A DNA stretch of 64,000 bases from Octopus sinensis (GCF_006345805.1 NC_043016.1:18352001-18416000); one strand, 5' to 3'; counted from the stretch's first letter, positions 37,700 to 50,749 are shown. Notes: generated by a model not told the origin, from the letters alone. Program-made: numbers and translations.

Positions 37700-39600
37700 A
37701 AGAGAGGAAGGCATCATTTCAAGAATGGGGAGATGGAGGAAAAGTGAGAGTACTGGAGAAGGAATAGTGACGATAAATCTGAAAGAAAATGAAGGGAGGG
37801 AGAAAGGAATGGAAAGAAGAAAGGAAAGAGGAGAGGAGAGGAAAGAAGGAAGGAAAGGAAAGGAAAGAAAAAAAGAAAAGAAGGAAGGGAAAGAAGGAAG
37901 GAAAGGAAAGAAAGAAACGAAAGGAAGGAAGGAAGAAAAGAAGGAAGAGACGGAAGGAAAGGAAGAAAAGAAGGAAGGGAAGGAAAGGAAAGAAAAAAGA
38001 AAAGAAGGAAGGGAAAGAAGAAAGAAAAGAAGGAAGGAAACGAAAGGAAGGAAGAGAAAGAAGAAAGGAATGAAGGAAGGAAAGGAAAGAAACGAAAGGA
38101 ACGAACGAAGAAAAGAAGGAAGAGACGGAAGGAAAGGAAGAAAAGAAGGAAGGGAAGGAAAGGAAAGAAAAAAGAAAAGAAGGAAGGGAAAGAAGAAAGA
38201 AAAGAAGGAGGGAAAGGAAAGGAAGGAAGGGAAAGAAGAAAGGAAAGAAGGAAAAAAGAAGGAAGGAAAGGAAAGAAAGAAACGAAAAGAAGGAAGGAAG
38301 AAAAGAAGGAAGAGACGGAAGGAAAGGAAGAAAAGAAGGAAGGGAAAGAAGAAAGAAAAGAAGGAAGGAAAGGAAAGGAAGGAAGGGAAAGAAGAAAGGA
38401 AAGAAGGAAAAAAAGAAGGAAGGAAAGGAAAGAAGGAAACGAAAGGAAGGAGGAAAAAGGAAGGAAGGAAGAAGAGAAAAGGAAGAAAAGAGGAAGGAAG
38501 GAAAGGAAAGAAGGAAAAAAAAGGAGGAAAAAGGAAAGAAGAAACGAAAGGAAGAGGGAAGGAAGAAAAGAAGGAAGGGAAAGAAGAAAGAAAAGAAGGA
38601 AGGAAAGGAAAGGAAAGGAAGGAAGGGAAAGAAGAAAGAAAAGAAGGAAGGAAAGGAAAGGAAGGAAGGGAAGAAGACAGGAAAGAAGGAAAAAAAGAAG
38701 GAAGGAAAGGAAAGAAAGAACACGACGAAGCCGAGACGGAAGGACGGAAGAAAAGAAGGAAGGAAGAAGGAAAGAAAAGAGAAAGGAAGGAAGGGAAGAA
38801 GAAGAAAAGAAGGAAAGGAAAGGAAAGGAAGGAAGGAAGGGAAAGAAGAAAGGAAAAAAGGAAAAAAAGAAGGAAGGAAAGGGAAGAAAGAAACGAAAGG
38901 AAGGAAGGAAAAAGGAAGGAAGGAAGGAAGGAAAGGAAAAAAAGAAGGAAGGGAAGGAAAGGAAAGAAGGAAAAAAGAAGGAAGGAAAGGAAAGAAAGAA
39001 GAAAGGAAAAGAAGGAAAAAAAGAAGGAGGAAAGAAAGAAAGAAACGAAAAGAAGAAAAGAAGAAGAGACGGAAGGAAATGAAGAAAAGAAGGAAGGGAA
39101 GGAAAGGAAAGAAAAAGAGAAAAGATGGAAGGGAAAGAAGAAAGAAAAGAAGGAAAGGAAAGGAAAGGAAAGAAGGAAGGGAAAGAGGAAAGGAAAGAAG
39201 GAAAAATAGAAAGAAGGAAAGGGAAGAAAGAAACGAAAGGAAGGAAGGAAAAAAGGAAGGAAGAGACGGAAGGAAAGGAAGAAAAGAAGGAAGGGAAGGA
39301 AAGGAAAGAAAAAGAGAAAAGAAGGAAGGGAAAGAAGAAAGAAAAGAAGGAAAAAAGAAGGAAGGAAAGGAAAGAAAGAAACGAAAGGAAAGAAGGAAAA
39401 AAAGAAGGAAGGAAAGGAAAGAAAGAAACGAAAAGAAGAAAAGAAGGAAGAGACGGAAGGAAAGAAAGAAAGGAAGTAAGGAAGGAAAGGAAAAGAAGGA
39501 AGGAAAGAAGGAGTGAGATTGAGAGAGAATAAAAAGACGGAACTGACTGGAGAAGAAAAAAGGCAATAACTGTAACAAATATATAAAAAAAAGAACAAAA
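37700..39600. repeat. ~1.9-kb almost pure purine tract (GGAA/GAAA units) with higher-order periodicity
   Basis: Pyrimidines nearly confined to recurring ACG/GAGACGG motifs; source of the 552-698-aa spurious ORFs. Confidence 0.95.
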
Positions 39601-40317
39601 AGAATAAAATAGGAAAAAATATGTTAACAGTAGGAATGGGAATCCATTAACTGGTCGTAAACGATGCAGGTCAAGTTAGTATGCATGGACACGGAGGTTG
39701 TTTGTGTCTTGTATTGAGATAGAGCTATATAAAGCTGATCAAATAACGTAGATCCGACTATACGTACCGGCGATCTGAGCTGCCTTTAAATAAGCAAAAA
39801 CAAAAAACAAAAACAAAAAACAGAACAGCCACTGTTGATGTAATAAGGATGTCTACTTTTATTTTTGTTTGTTTATATTTTTGTTTGTTTATTACTTGAT
39901 AATGCAATCGTTGAATAAGAGAGTTTGTTCGCTATTTGTTTCCCGACTTGTGAGTCAATGGCTCAATATGCTTCCACGAAGGTGTGAGTTACAAAACGTT
40001 TCTTTGTTGAAGACGGTGTACCCCAGCACGACAGCATTTTGAAAGACTGAAACAATTAAAAGAAGAACATAAGACATAAAGCATAAACGATAATCATTGA
40101 TCGATATCACCAACAGACTTTGTTCGAAAAGCAAACGGTTTTCTGGCCTTCACGCCTATTTGTATATCGTATATGAATGAGACATACATACGTAAACTCA
40201 TACGCGATAGGTTAAAGCTCAGTTGCTGTCTCCCAATTTTCCATACACAATTATTTGTCAATACGATGTTGTTAGAAGTCACTTTCCAAAGCCTTCATTG
40301 TTCAAAAGCTGTGAATC

Positions 40318-40706
40318 ATGTGGAAGCACTCCGTCGGTTACGACGATGAGGGTTCCGGTTGAACCGAATCAACGGAACAGCCTGCTCGTGAAATTAACGT
40401 GTAAGTGGATGAGCACTCCACAGACACGTGCACCCTTAACGTAGTTCTCGGGGATATTCAGCGTGACACAGAGTGACAAGCCCGGCCCCTTGAAATACAG
40501 GTACAACAGAAACAGGAAGTAAGAGTGAGAGAAAGTTGTGGTGAAAGAGTACAGCAGGGATCACCACCATCCCCTGCCGGAGCCTCGTGGAGCTTTTTTA
40601 GGTGTTTTCGCTCAATAAACACTCACAACGCCCGGTCTGGGAATCGAAACCGCGATCCTATGACCGCGAGTCCGCTGCCCTAACCACTGGGCCATTGCGC
40701 CTCCAC
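40318..40706 (-). mobile_element. tRNA-derived SINE family C
   Basis: Head GGCGCAATGGCCCAGTGGTTAGGGCAGCGGACTCGCGG..GGTTTCGATTCC, then non-tRNA body. Confidence 0.85.
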
Positions 40707-40791
40707 GAATCAGGAAATACTACGATGACTGCCAAGGAAACATCTTAGTCACACAGCCATACTTATTTTAAAAAAAAAAGGAAAACATATC

Positions 40792-41702
40792 GGCGCAGGT
40801 GTAGCTGTGTGATAAGAAGGCGGTGAGATGGCAGCGTTGTTAGCATTCTGGGTGAAATGCTTAGCGATATTTCATCTGCCGTTACGTTCTGAGTTCAAAT
40901 TCCGCCGAGGTCGACTTTGCCTTTCATCCTTTCGGGGTCGATAAATTAAGTACCAGTTACGCACTTGGGTCGATGTAATCGACTTAATCCGTTTGTATGT
41001 CCTTGTTTGTCCTCTCTATGTTTAGCCCCTTGAGGGCAATAAAGAAATAAGAAACTTTAGCACACTGGGTGAAATGTTTAGCGGTATTTGGTCTGCCGTT
41101 ACGTTCTGAGTTCAAATTCCGCCGAGGTCGACTTTGCCTTTCATCTTTTCGAAGTCGATAAATTAAGTACCAGTTACGCACTGGGATCGATGTAATCAAC
41201 TTAATCCCTTTGTCTGTCCTTGTTTGTCTCCTCTATGTTTAGCCCCTAGTGGACAATAACGAAATAAGAAGCTTGCTTTCCAACTACCGGTTTCAGTTCC
41301 ACTGCGCGGCACCATGGGCAAGTGTCCTCTGCTATAGCCTCGGCCCGACCAAAGCTTTGAGAGTGGATTTGGTAGACAGAAACTGAAAGAAGCCCATCAT
41401 ATATAATTGTGTGTGTGTGCGTGCGCATGCATGTGGTGTGGTGTGTGTGTGAGAGTGCGCTTGTATGTGTGTGTTTCCTTGTGTCTGTGTTTGTCCTCCT
41501 GTGATTATCTACCACTTAACAACCGGTCTTGGTATGTTTACGTCCGTGTAACAGCGGTTCCGGAAAAGACGCAGACAGGATAAGTACCAGGTTTTAAAAC
41601 ATAAGCCATGAGGTCGATTTATTCGAATAAAAAAATAATCCTGATTGTGATGTCCCAGCATTGCCGCAGACTAATGGCTAAAACAAGTAAAAGATGAAAG
41701 AT
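40792..41702 (+). mobile_element. SINE B with a SINE A dimer (40820-41263) inserted in its head; TSD ataagaag
   Basis: ataagaag at 40812-40819 and 41264-41271; SINE B consensus resumes after it. Confidence 0.85.
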
Positions 41703-42729
41703 ATATCATAATGACAACAAAGCACAGTTCAATTGTAATGCCTATCCTAAAGTTCCATGGGTTTTTTTTTTTGTTTTTTTACTTTCTTATTAATTCCCTC
41801 TTTTAATCGACTGGTCAAAATAAAAACTCAATTCCTTCCGTTAAAAGGACAAATTTACGCGATAATTTTTTTTTATGTCGTATTGATTTGTGGGCCAACG
41901 TAAGATCTCACTGAACAGACCTCAGACTAGAAGTACTCCAGTCAGAGCTTTATCTAATCTGTGCATGTATGTGATTAATGCGGATGGGCAATGTATGAAG
42001 CAGATTTTCTGCAATATCTTGACGACGTTTCTGACGATGCATGTGGCTACCTCGCTTGCTCATTGAAAGCAGAGTTAGAATTATAGCTAAAAATGGTCGG
42101 TTGCTTCTGTTCAATGGCGTCATCGAATCAGCACAATATTGTGTGATTACGGGAAATCTTATATTCACCTTCACGAAATATACTTCAGCATTGATTGACA
42201 GTGAATCTAGCTTTAAAAGTATATTAATCAATTAATTAAAAAGTATAACTTGGATTCGACCATTGATACTTGATTGTCACCGTATAGGCTGTTGTCTTGG
42301 ATCCTGTCATCTACATGATTACGTTAAGCTATCGAACTTTGGCTTTTGCGTAATGGCATTAAATTGATAACTTGTCAGAAACATTCTATGTTCTGTTTAA
42401 TCAAAATCTCCGCCGTACTGCTCCTCTACGTATTATTCCTTTAGCTTTTATATTTAAATTTGGACATAATGAGAAGTAGCCTAAATGAACAGAGAATCAA
42501 ACCGAATGTCGAGTTCATATGAGAAGAAACTAAGTTGAGAAATGAAAGAGAGAAACTAAGTATTCTCAATCGACACCAGAAAAAGTCCGTACCAGACGGT
42601 TTTGTCATTGAACTAAAGCTCTTATTAATTTGATCTGAACCACCATTTATACAGACAGTTAGATACATTAAATATGCGGCTGCACACTCGAAAATGAGCT
42701 GAGGAGTCGGGTATAGGTTGCTCGGGAGG

Positions 42730-42962
42730 AAGGCGGCGAGCTGGCAGAAACGTTAGCACGCCGGGCGAAATGCGTAGCCGTATTTCGTCTGCCGTTACGT
42801 TCTGAGTTCAAATTCCGCCGAGGTCGACTTTGCCTTTCATCCTTTCGGGGTCGATAAATTAAATACCAGTTATGCACTGGGGTCGATGTAATCGACTTAA
42901 TCCCTTTGTCTGTCCTTGTTTGTCCCCTCTACGTTTAGCCCCTTGTGGGCAATAAAGAAATA
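42730..42962 (+). mobile_element. SINE family A with perfect 18-bp TSD
   Basis: tataggttgctcgggagg at 42712-42729 and 42963-42980. Confidence 0.95.
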
Positions 42963-43794
42963 TATAGGTTGCTCGGGAGGGTACTATCTCATAGCCACTA
43001 CAACTCACTCTACAAAGCCTTTATGAAATCCAAAATGCCTAACTGTGGTAGCTTTTATTCTATTTTATAAACGCAACAGGTTTAGAAACGTTGCTACTTA
43101 GGGATTAGCTCGTGAATATATCAATTAAACTGCACAATGAGCTTGTATTGAATTTGATGCTGCCATTGTTGCTGATAGCGATTGTGGCGATCTTTGTTCT
43201 CCTCGCCCAATACTGTCAACTTTTATTGATCTGATCGATTTGATCTTTCTTGAGCTACGCTCAATAACAACCGAGTATTAGCAACTTCTCGATTTCAGGA
43301 ATCATATCACAGCTTTCATCACGTTGAATAGCAATCTACTTGGCCTAAGAAATCGCTATTTGTGGGCGAATACAAGCGTTAATGGGTAATTTTCTGTTGG
43401 TGTTAGCAGTGACGGCGGTGGTTGTAGAATTATCAGTGCTTCCTTCAGAGCAAAATAATGTCACGACTCAGAACAAGCAACTATTTACAACATGCGCTAA
43501 TTATGATCGAATGCATTCCAGTTATGACTATCCAGTCTAATTTTCATCAACAAAGTGAACTCATGACTACAGTATCACTTGTAAAGATAGCATGGCGTTA
43601 TTTGTAAAAATAAGAGATATTGCTGTCATTTCTAGCAGCTCGAGGAAACAACTAAAGGCTCTTTCGAAGGCGCAGCTTAAACAGTAGATATTATGTATAC
43701 AACATGTTTGAGGTTATAGTGAATATCACAATGCCGCCACCATTTGATTTTCGACCACGAAAGTTTGCTAATTTTTATTTATTTATCTATGTAT

Positions 43795-43997
43795 ACTCTT
43801 TTACTCTTTTACTTGTTTCAGTCAGTTGACATGCTGGAGCACCGCCTTTAGTCGAGCAAATCGACCCCAGGACTTATTCTTTGTAAGCCCAGTACTTATT
43901 CTATCGGTCTCTTTTGCCGAACCGCTAAGTTACAGGGACGTAAACACACCAGCATCGGTTGTCAAGCAATGCTAGGGGGATAAACACAGACACACAA

Positions 43998-44054
<57 letters not shown>

Positions 44055-44222
44055 TACGACAGGCTTCTTTCAGTTTCCGTCTACCAAATCCACTCACAAG
44101 GCATTGGTCGGCCCGGGGCTATAGCAGAAGACACTTGCCCAAGATGTCACGCAGTGGGACTGAACCCACAACCATGTGGTTGGTTAGCAAGCTACTTTCC
44201 ACACAGCCACTCCTGCGCCTAT
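43795..44222 (-). mobile_element. SINE family B
   Basis: Matches consensus. Confidence 0.92.
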
Positions 44223-44952
44223 CTATGTATGTATATATTTACTTATCTATCTATTTACTTATTTATTTTCAATCTGGTTACTCTGGAAGAAGTGGTAGCA
44301 TAAGGATGCTACGTAAATTTGATAAGATATGATATTTTCCTCTCTTACAGAACAGTTATTGCTATACTCAAGCACTGCCTGGAGCGGAACGAGAGGATAG
44401 AAAGTGAAAGATTGTGAGAGAATATAATAGCTACATCCCATATTCTCACAGTAATGGTAAATTTATCGGAAATATGTCAGTTTCTGGATCGATAGGCTTC
44501 GTCAGGCTCTACGTAGCCTGATCATCTAGCGAGAGAAAACCGACAAGGGAGCATTTACGCATCACTACACCTGCCAGAAATAACAGTCAAAGTTTCTTTA
44601 AACTACACCCTTTTTGTTTTGAAAGAAAAATTAATAATAATGGATTAACTAATCCAATGTCGGAAAAGGAAATGTGAAATATAGTTGGAAATCTTTTATT
44701 GGAGGTAGGAGAAGGTTTCTTGCAATAAGGACGAATCACAAGATATTTGCTCCATTTTAAAGCGTAACAACTTACTAGACCGATAGGCTTTATAGAAATA
44801 CTTAACAACTGTCTTGTCTTCTTCTTCTTCTTCTTCTTCTTCTTCTTCTTCTTCTTCTTCTTCTTCTTCTTCTTCTTCCTTTTATTATTATCATTGTTGT
44901 TGTTGTTGGTAGGTGGTGGTGGTGGTGGCGTGGTGGTGGTGGTGGTATTATT

Positions 44953-45640
44953 ATATGAAAACTCACAGCTTATTTTCCTGGGTATGATGAAAAGTGTGAG
45001 CTGTCCACAGGCAGCAGACTAAAGTAACACTTGTTTACTGGTCATGCTTCAAAGAACCCTGGAAAGGATTTCTACAGTTCCAAGCAATGCTGATTTTTGT
45101 CGGTGTTCTACCTTCACACGTGCACCGATCGTTTTCAGCCATGTTGGTTGTTGAATGCTGATACTTCCAAGTGTACCAATTACTATTGGTATCACATCTA
45201 CTCTCTTCATTGAACACAACCTTGATATTTCCCACTTCAAATTATCATCGTTGTTTACTTTTTCTTTTTCTTTCACATTGATCCTGTTGTCACCTGGGCA
45301 TACTATGTCGATTATCATACATTTCTTTCATTTTTTCATTCACTACAAAAATGTCCGTTTTTCGATGTCTGATCAGGTGATCGCACTGGATCATTGCTTC
45401 CCACGGGATTTTACAATTCTCATTTTCTGTGACACCTGGAGTTTTCTCATACCACATCTTTGCTCTTTGTAGGCCGTGATTTTAACAGAACCTCCTATGG
45501 ATAATTCTTGCAAAATTGTCATGACGTCTTTTGTATTTGTGTTGTGCCAATTTCGGGCATTCGCTAACATTGTGCCATACCATTTCATACCTCTCACCAC
45601 ACATTCTGCATTTGATGCTATCGGTAGTGCTGCCTATTCT
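44953..45640 (-). mobile_element. Decayed R4/Dong-like LINE 3' fragment
   Basis: KCRMCGERYEMVWHNVSECP, KRRHDN, MIIDIVCPGD, VIPIVIGTLG, QKSALLGT; TAA at both ends. Confidence 0.88.
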
Positions 45641-45684
45641 ATTATTATTATTATTGTTGTCGTTATTGTTGTTCTTGTTGTTGT

Positions 45685-46480
45685 CTTTGCGCAGCTTCTA
45701 ACGCTGGAGATGTACCACGGTGTTAGCTGTTCACTACCAACGAACTAAGGTAACACCCCTTATTTTTCGAGCAGCTTCCCGAGTATTCGAGCAGTTCCAA
45801 GCAGCACTATTATCTGCAATGCTCCACCTTTATTACAACCTCTATTTGTTCTCAAGATTTTTACTCGCTGTTCCCAGGGCTCCGACAATTATTGGTACTA
45901 CTACCACCTGTTTCAGCGACCACAACTGCTTCACCTCCCAAGCTAACCTGTCATATCTACAGACTTTTCTTTCTTCCTTATCGCATACTTTGTTGTCAGC
46001 CGGGCATGCTATATCTATGATCCAGCATTGTTTACTTTCATTCTCAATTAATATTATGTCTGGTTTCCTATTCTCTATCTCATGGTCACACTGAATCATA
46101 AAATCATAATGCAAGTATCTTTGCATTATCTTTTCATTGATGCTTTCGGGTTTATGTTCGTACCACCTTTTTGCTCTCTCAAGTCGATACTTGTTGCAAA
46201 GTGTCCAATGGACAATCCTTGCTATGTTGTTATGACATCTCTTATATTCTTTCCGAGCTAGTGGCGTATATTGACTGGTAATCTGCCATACGGTTTCGCC
46301 GTTTTGTCCACAAATTCTGCACTTATTTCTCTCTGATGTATTGTCTATTCTGTATTTGATGTAATTCGTTCTTAACACTTGCTCTTGGGCAGCACAAATT
46401 AGAGCCTCCGTTTCCGGTTTTAAATCACTCTTAGTCATCCATGGCCATATTTATTCTCTGTCTGTCTTAACTTCAGCATC
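45685..46480 (-). mobile_element. R4/Dong-like LINE 3' fragment
   Basis: ORF 45842-46438: LKPETEALICAAQEQ, CRICGQNGETVWQITS, RKPDIILI, IDIACPAD, VPIIVGALG. Confidence 0.92.
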
Positions 46481-46784
46481 CCTATGGCGGTGGTGGTGTT
46501 GGTTTTGGTGGTGGTGGTGGTGTTGGTTTTGGTGGTGGTGGTTATGACAATAATGGTGCTGATTGTGGTGCTGATTGTGGTGGTGGTAGTGGCGATTGGT
46601 TTACTACTAAAAGTACGGTGTTTCATCAGTGCTTCTATCAGGGGAATAGACTGTATCAGTACTTTTCAAAGTTAAGCCTTTTCATTATGTGAAAACAAAT
46701 TACAAGAGGGTTTACGAGATGCCGAAAATGTAATTCCTGTGTAGTTCCTCGTTAATCAAAGATAATCACGTTATCTTTTATCTT

Positions 46785-46980
46785 TTAGTTGTTTTAGTTA
46801 TTGGACTGCGACCCAGCTGGGGCACTTGCCTTGAAGGGTTTCATCGAACTTATCGACGCTAGTAATTTTGTTAAGTCTGCCACGTACTCTATCTAGCTTC
46901 ATTGCCGAAGTATTAATTTACGAAGAAGTAAACAAACCAACACCTGTCGTCAATGGGGACATAGGGACAAGTACGTTGTC
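46785..46980 (-). mobile_element. Degenerate SINE B-related 3' part
   Basis: gactgcgacccagctggggcac..tgccgaa..gtaaacaaaccaacac. Confidence 0.55.
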
Positions 46981-47262
46981 ATATGCATATATTTATCTAT
47001 ATGTGTTCGTGTGCGTATACATATATATATATGTATGCATGTGTATGTATATATGTGTGTATGTATATGTGTGTATGTATGTGTGTGTATGTATGTGTGT
47101 GTGTATGTATGTATATATGTATGTATATATGTATGTGTATATGTATGTATGTATATGTATTATGTATATGTATGTATATGTATGTATGCATATGTATGTC
47201 TATGTGTATGTATGTATATATTGTATGTATGTCTATATATATATGTATATATATATATATAT

Positions 47263-47312
<50 letters not shown>

Positions 47313-47321
47313 CATACATAC

Positions 47322-48035
47322 CACACGGGGGGGAAGCAAATTTGCAAAATTGCTGTAACATTTGAAACTCATTGCGCATCAATATGTTTAGTAATACAAA
47401 AATAGGTTAATAACATACACTTATTATTACAAAACGAATAATTTGTTCGGTGTGGATTTCGTTGTTTGCAATTATGGCCTCCACACGACCCCGAGACCCT
47501 GTACAACACTTCACCACGAATTTAATGGACATCCCGATCCACTCCTCATTGAGGACTGCCTCCAGAGGATTGATATTGGGATGAAAAGCTTTGTTGGTCA
47601 CAGGCTGCAAAACGCCCCACGTGACCTAGTAGAGGGGGTTGAAATCCAGGTTGGAAAAGGGCCGGAAGTTCGCAGGCCAGACAGTAGCAAAGTTGGATTT
47701 GCAGAAATTCTGTACCTTCTTGGCAGTATGGCTGGGAGCACCATCCTGGGTCCACACATAGATGCCATCCGAGTATTTGGCCTTGAGTCATGGCAAGATA
47801 TGGTACCTCAGCGTCGTGTAGTAGGCGTCAACACCCACCTTTACTCCGAGCTTGTAAAAGTAGATGGCCTTCTTTCTTCCGTCGGAGGGCACAACCCCAA
47901 AGGCTATGATCTGGCTTGAATATTTTGTTCTGAAGGTGTCCCTGACGTCAGTTGTTGACTCTGCAATGGACCGGTCCTTTCTGCAGTTCAAAACGGCATC
48001 AAATGTGAAGATCTTTCCACTGTTGGAAAGCAATT
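47322..48035 (-). mobile_element. Tc1/mariner DD37D (maT-like) transposase C-terminal remnant
   Basis: WTQDGAPSHTAKKVQ..LDFNPLY*: 37 residues separate the second D from the TAC codon at the expected third D position. Confidence 0.85.
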
Positions 48036-48495
48036 ATTTTAGCACGAACCCACGCTTCTTCATCTTTTTTCTTTTGTAGTTTCAGCTCATAGATGTGGCC
48101 ACGCTGGAGCACCGCCGTTTTTGTTGTTTTTTTAGGGGGATTTTCTTTAGTCGGACTCGGTATATCTGTTGACCCATCTTAAATGTAGTAAGCGGAAACT
48201 CTAGAAATCTTGTTGGATGGGATGTAGCTTTAATTCAATCCAGACTTATCATGCTTTGCGTCATTCCTCACTCCCATTCTGTTCGAATATTACCTTAAAA
48301 GTATGCGTGCTCGCGGAATACTCAACCACATTCACGTTAATTCATCGAGAGTTAGCTTAATTGACCAATGTTCTGAATATTTATCATCGAAACCGATGGT
48401 GTGTGTGGCGGGATCCATTTTATATCGGAAATCAAATTACATTGTCCAACATAACCGGGTTTATTTGTTTGTTTTTTAGTTTCAAGACAGTAGAG

Positions 48496-50108
48496 CAGTG
48501 GTTTTCAACCAGGGTTCCGAGGAACCTTAGAGTTCCGCCAGTACAGTCCAGGGGTTCCGCAAGAATTTACAAAACTGCTAAAATCAGCAGTAATTTTTAA
48601 TTCTCCTGTGCAGATATGTGTGCATAAAACTATTAAATTATTGCACAGGGGTTCCTCGAGCCTGTGGAATGTTTCCTTGGGGTTCCGCTCCAGCAAAAAG
48701 TTTGAAAAGTACTGATATACACACCGGTGGTTGTTCATATACACACCATTGGTTGTTCATATACATACCATTAGTTGTTCATATATACACCATTGGTAGT
48801 TCACATTCACAACACTGGTTGCTCACATACACACTATTGGTTGTTCATATATACACCACTGGTTGTTCATATACACACCACTAGTTATTTACATACACAC
48901 CACTGGTTATTCATATACACCAGTGGTTTTCAACCAGGGTTCCCCGGAACCTTAGGGTTCCGCCAGTACAGTCCAGGGGTTCCGCAAGAAGTTACAAAAA
49001 TGCTAAAATCAGTAGTAATTTTTAATTCTCCTGTGCAGATAACTTAGATATGTTTCGACCAAAGATTGGTCCAGGCCATGTCTAACTTAATAGCACCACC
49101 TGATAGGATTATTCGAATCCTGTTTAAGTCAACTTTTGTTTAAGTCAAGTTTTGTTCAGGTAGTGAGTTCTTGTTGGGTGAGTTGTATCAAGTTTTGTTC
49201 AAGTAGTGAGTTCTTGTTGGGTGAGTTGTATCCAATTATGGGTGGCTTATCTGGTATTCTTTGAAGGAATCTATCCAGACTCCGTTTAAAGTTGATGGGA
49301 TTCTTTTCCTCTTTGATCTCCCTCGGGACAATGTTAAATAGGGCAGGGCCTGTTGAGGAAAAGAAATTATGTTGCAGTGTACATGTATGTTGTGATCTTG
49401 AATTGGGCAGGGGACGTATGGCCCGTGGTCCCAGTCTTGGATGAACCTTGAAGCTAATGTTAAGGTCGTTTGGGCAAAGTTGGCGGTATATTCTCCACAT
49501 CGTACAAATGATGTACCGCTCACGGCGACGCTGGAGGGAGTAAAGTTTCAAGGCTTTAAGGCGATCCCAATAATCGAGAGCAACCATGCCTTCAATTCGG
49601 TTAGTGAGTGCCCTCTGAGGTGACTCAATCCTGGAGATGTTTTATCTTGTATGGGGAGACCACAGTAGGCAGCAGTATTCGAGGTGTGGCCGTACAAAGG
49701 AGGAGAAAAGTGGTATGATGACACCTTGTTCTCTGGACCGGAAAGTTCTTAAGATCCAGGAACTCATCCTACGAGCTATATCGACCTTCTTGTTGATGTG
49801 TGCACTCCAACTGAGATCGTCATCAACAATAACACCCAGATCTCTGATATTGTTAGAGGCTGTGAGCGGTTCCCCTGAAGGAAGAGAGTATGGTTGTTTT
49901 AGTGAGGAATTTCTTCCAAAATGCATCAGCTCAAATTTTCCCTCATTCAGTTGCATTTTGTTTCTGTCTGCCCATTGACTCACAGCATATAGATCAGACT
50001 GGAGTTTATATGTGTGCATAAAACTATTAAATTATTGCACAGGGGTTCCTCGAGCCAGTGGAATGTTTCCTTGGGGTTCCGCTCCAGCAAAAAGTTTGAA
50101 AAGCACTG
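48496..50108 (+). mobile_element. Composite hAT-type unit: MITE (48496-48714), 22-bp minisatellite, MITE (48921-50108, split by CR1); 8-bp TSD
   Basis: TIRs CAGTGGTTTTCAA / TTGAAAAG(T/C)ACTG; cagtagag at 48488-48495 and 50109-50116. Confidence 0.9.
49042..50008 (-). mobile_element. 5'-truncated CR1-group LINE (RT C-terminal half, one in-frame stop)
   Basis: LQSDLYAVSQWADRNKMQLN, RDLGVIVDDDLSW, VRPHLEYCCLLWSP, YWDRLKALKLYSLQRRRER. Confidence 0.93.
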
Positions 50109-50749
50109 CAGTAGAGTGTGATTTGACGGTGATTTAGCTACTATTTCTAACAGGTCGAACGACAAACGAGAGACTTCCTATTAAGTGTATCGGCTACATG
50201 TAGAACAACAGTCGCGTGTTTGAAGACCTGATCCCTCAGCCGTTGGCAATACCGTCACTGTTTCTGCAGCAGCCTTTCCGAATCCAAATCCAATGATTTG
50301 TGACTGAACGTAGCAAACAGGCAAACATTACACAATATTTTTTTCGTTGATTTTTTTTTTTTATTGAACATAGATCAAAGGTGTTGATTCTACAACTGCA
50401 AAGATGAATTATTTTTATTGGATTTATTTTTATTATTCTCACAAGAACCATTCTAATATTGCAAATCAAACCAGCCTCTCAACATCAAACATTATATAAA
50501 TCATTCAAGAAAAAAAATTATTGCTTTTGTTTTGTTTTTTTTTTGTTTGTTTCTTCTTCTTCTGCTTCTTCTACTTGTCATCTGTGTAGACACAGCTTGA
50601 GAAAAAAATATGTCTTGGCTTGTTACAGCTAACTAGAACCCCACAAAATACACACACTCACACAAACACATATACACTCAAATGTGCTCGTGTAAGAGTT
50701 TGTTAGTGCGTCTGCTGTTAGTGTGTGTTTCTCTGCGCGAATATGTATA

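Noticed and set aside
37502-39598. 552-698-aa ORFs
   Set aside because: Stop-free only because the tract is nearly all purine; the peptides are K/E/R/G or F/S/L/P low complexity
40630-40706. tRNA-like sequence (also the heads of SINE A, SINE B and 62395)
   Set aside because: Continues into a SINE body and no complete cloverleaf was found; not called as tRNA genes
43130-43480. Protein-like composition on the minus strand with several stops
   Set aside because: No recognisable motif; cannot be distinguished from decayed TE or random sequence
44480-44525. CTGACGAAG...GAAAC on the minus strand next to a caggct/agcctg hairpin
   Set aside because: Helix II cannot form between the core halves
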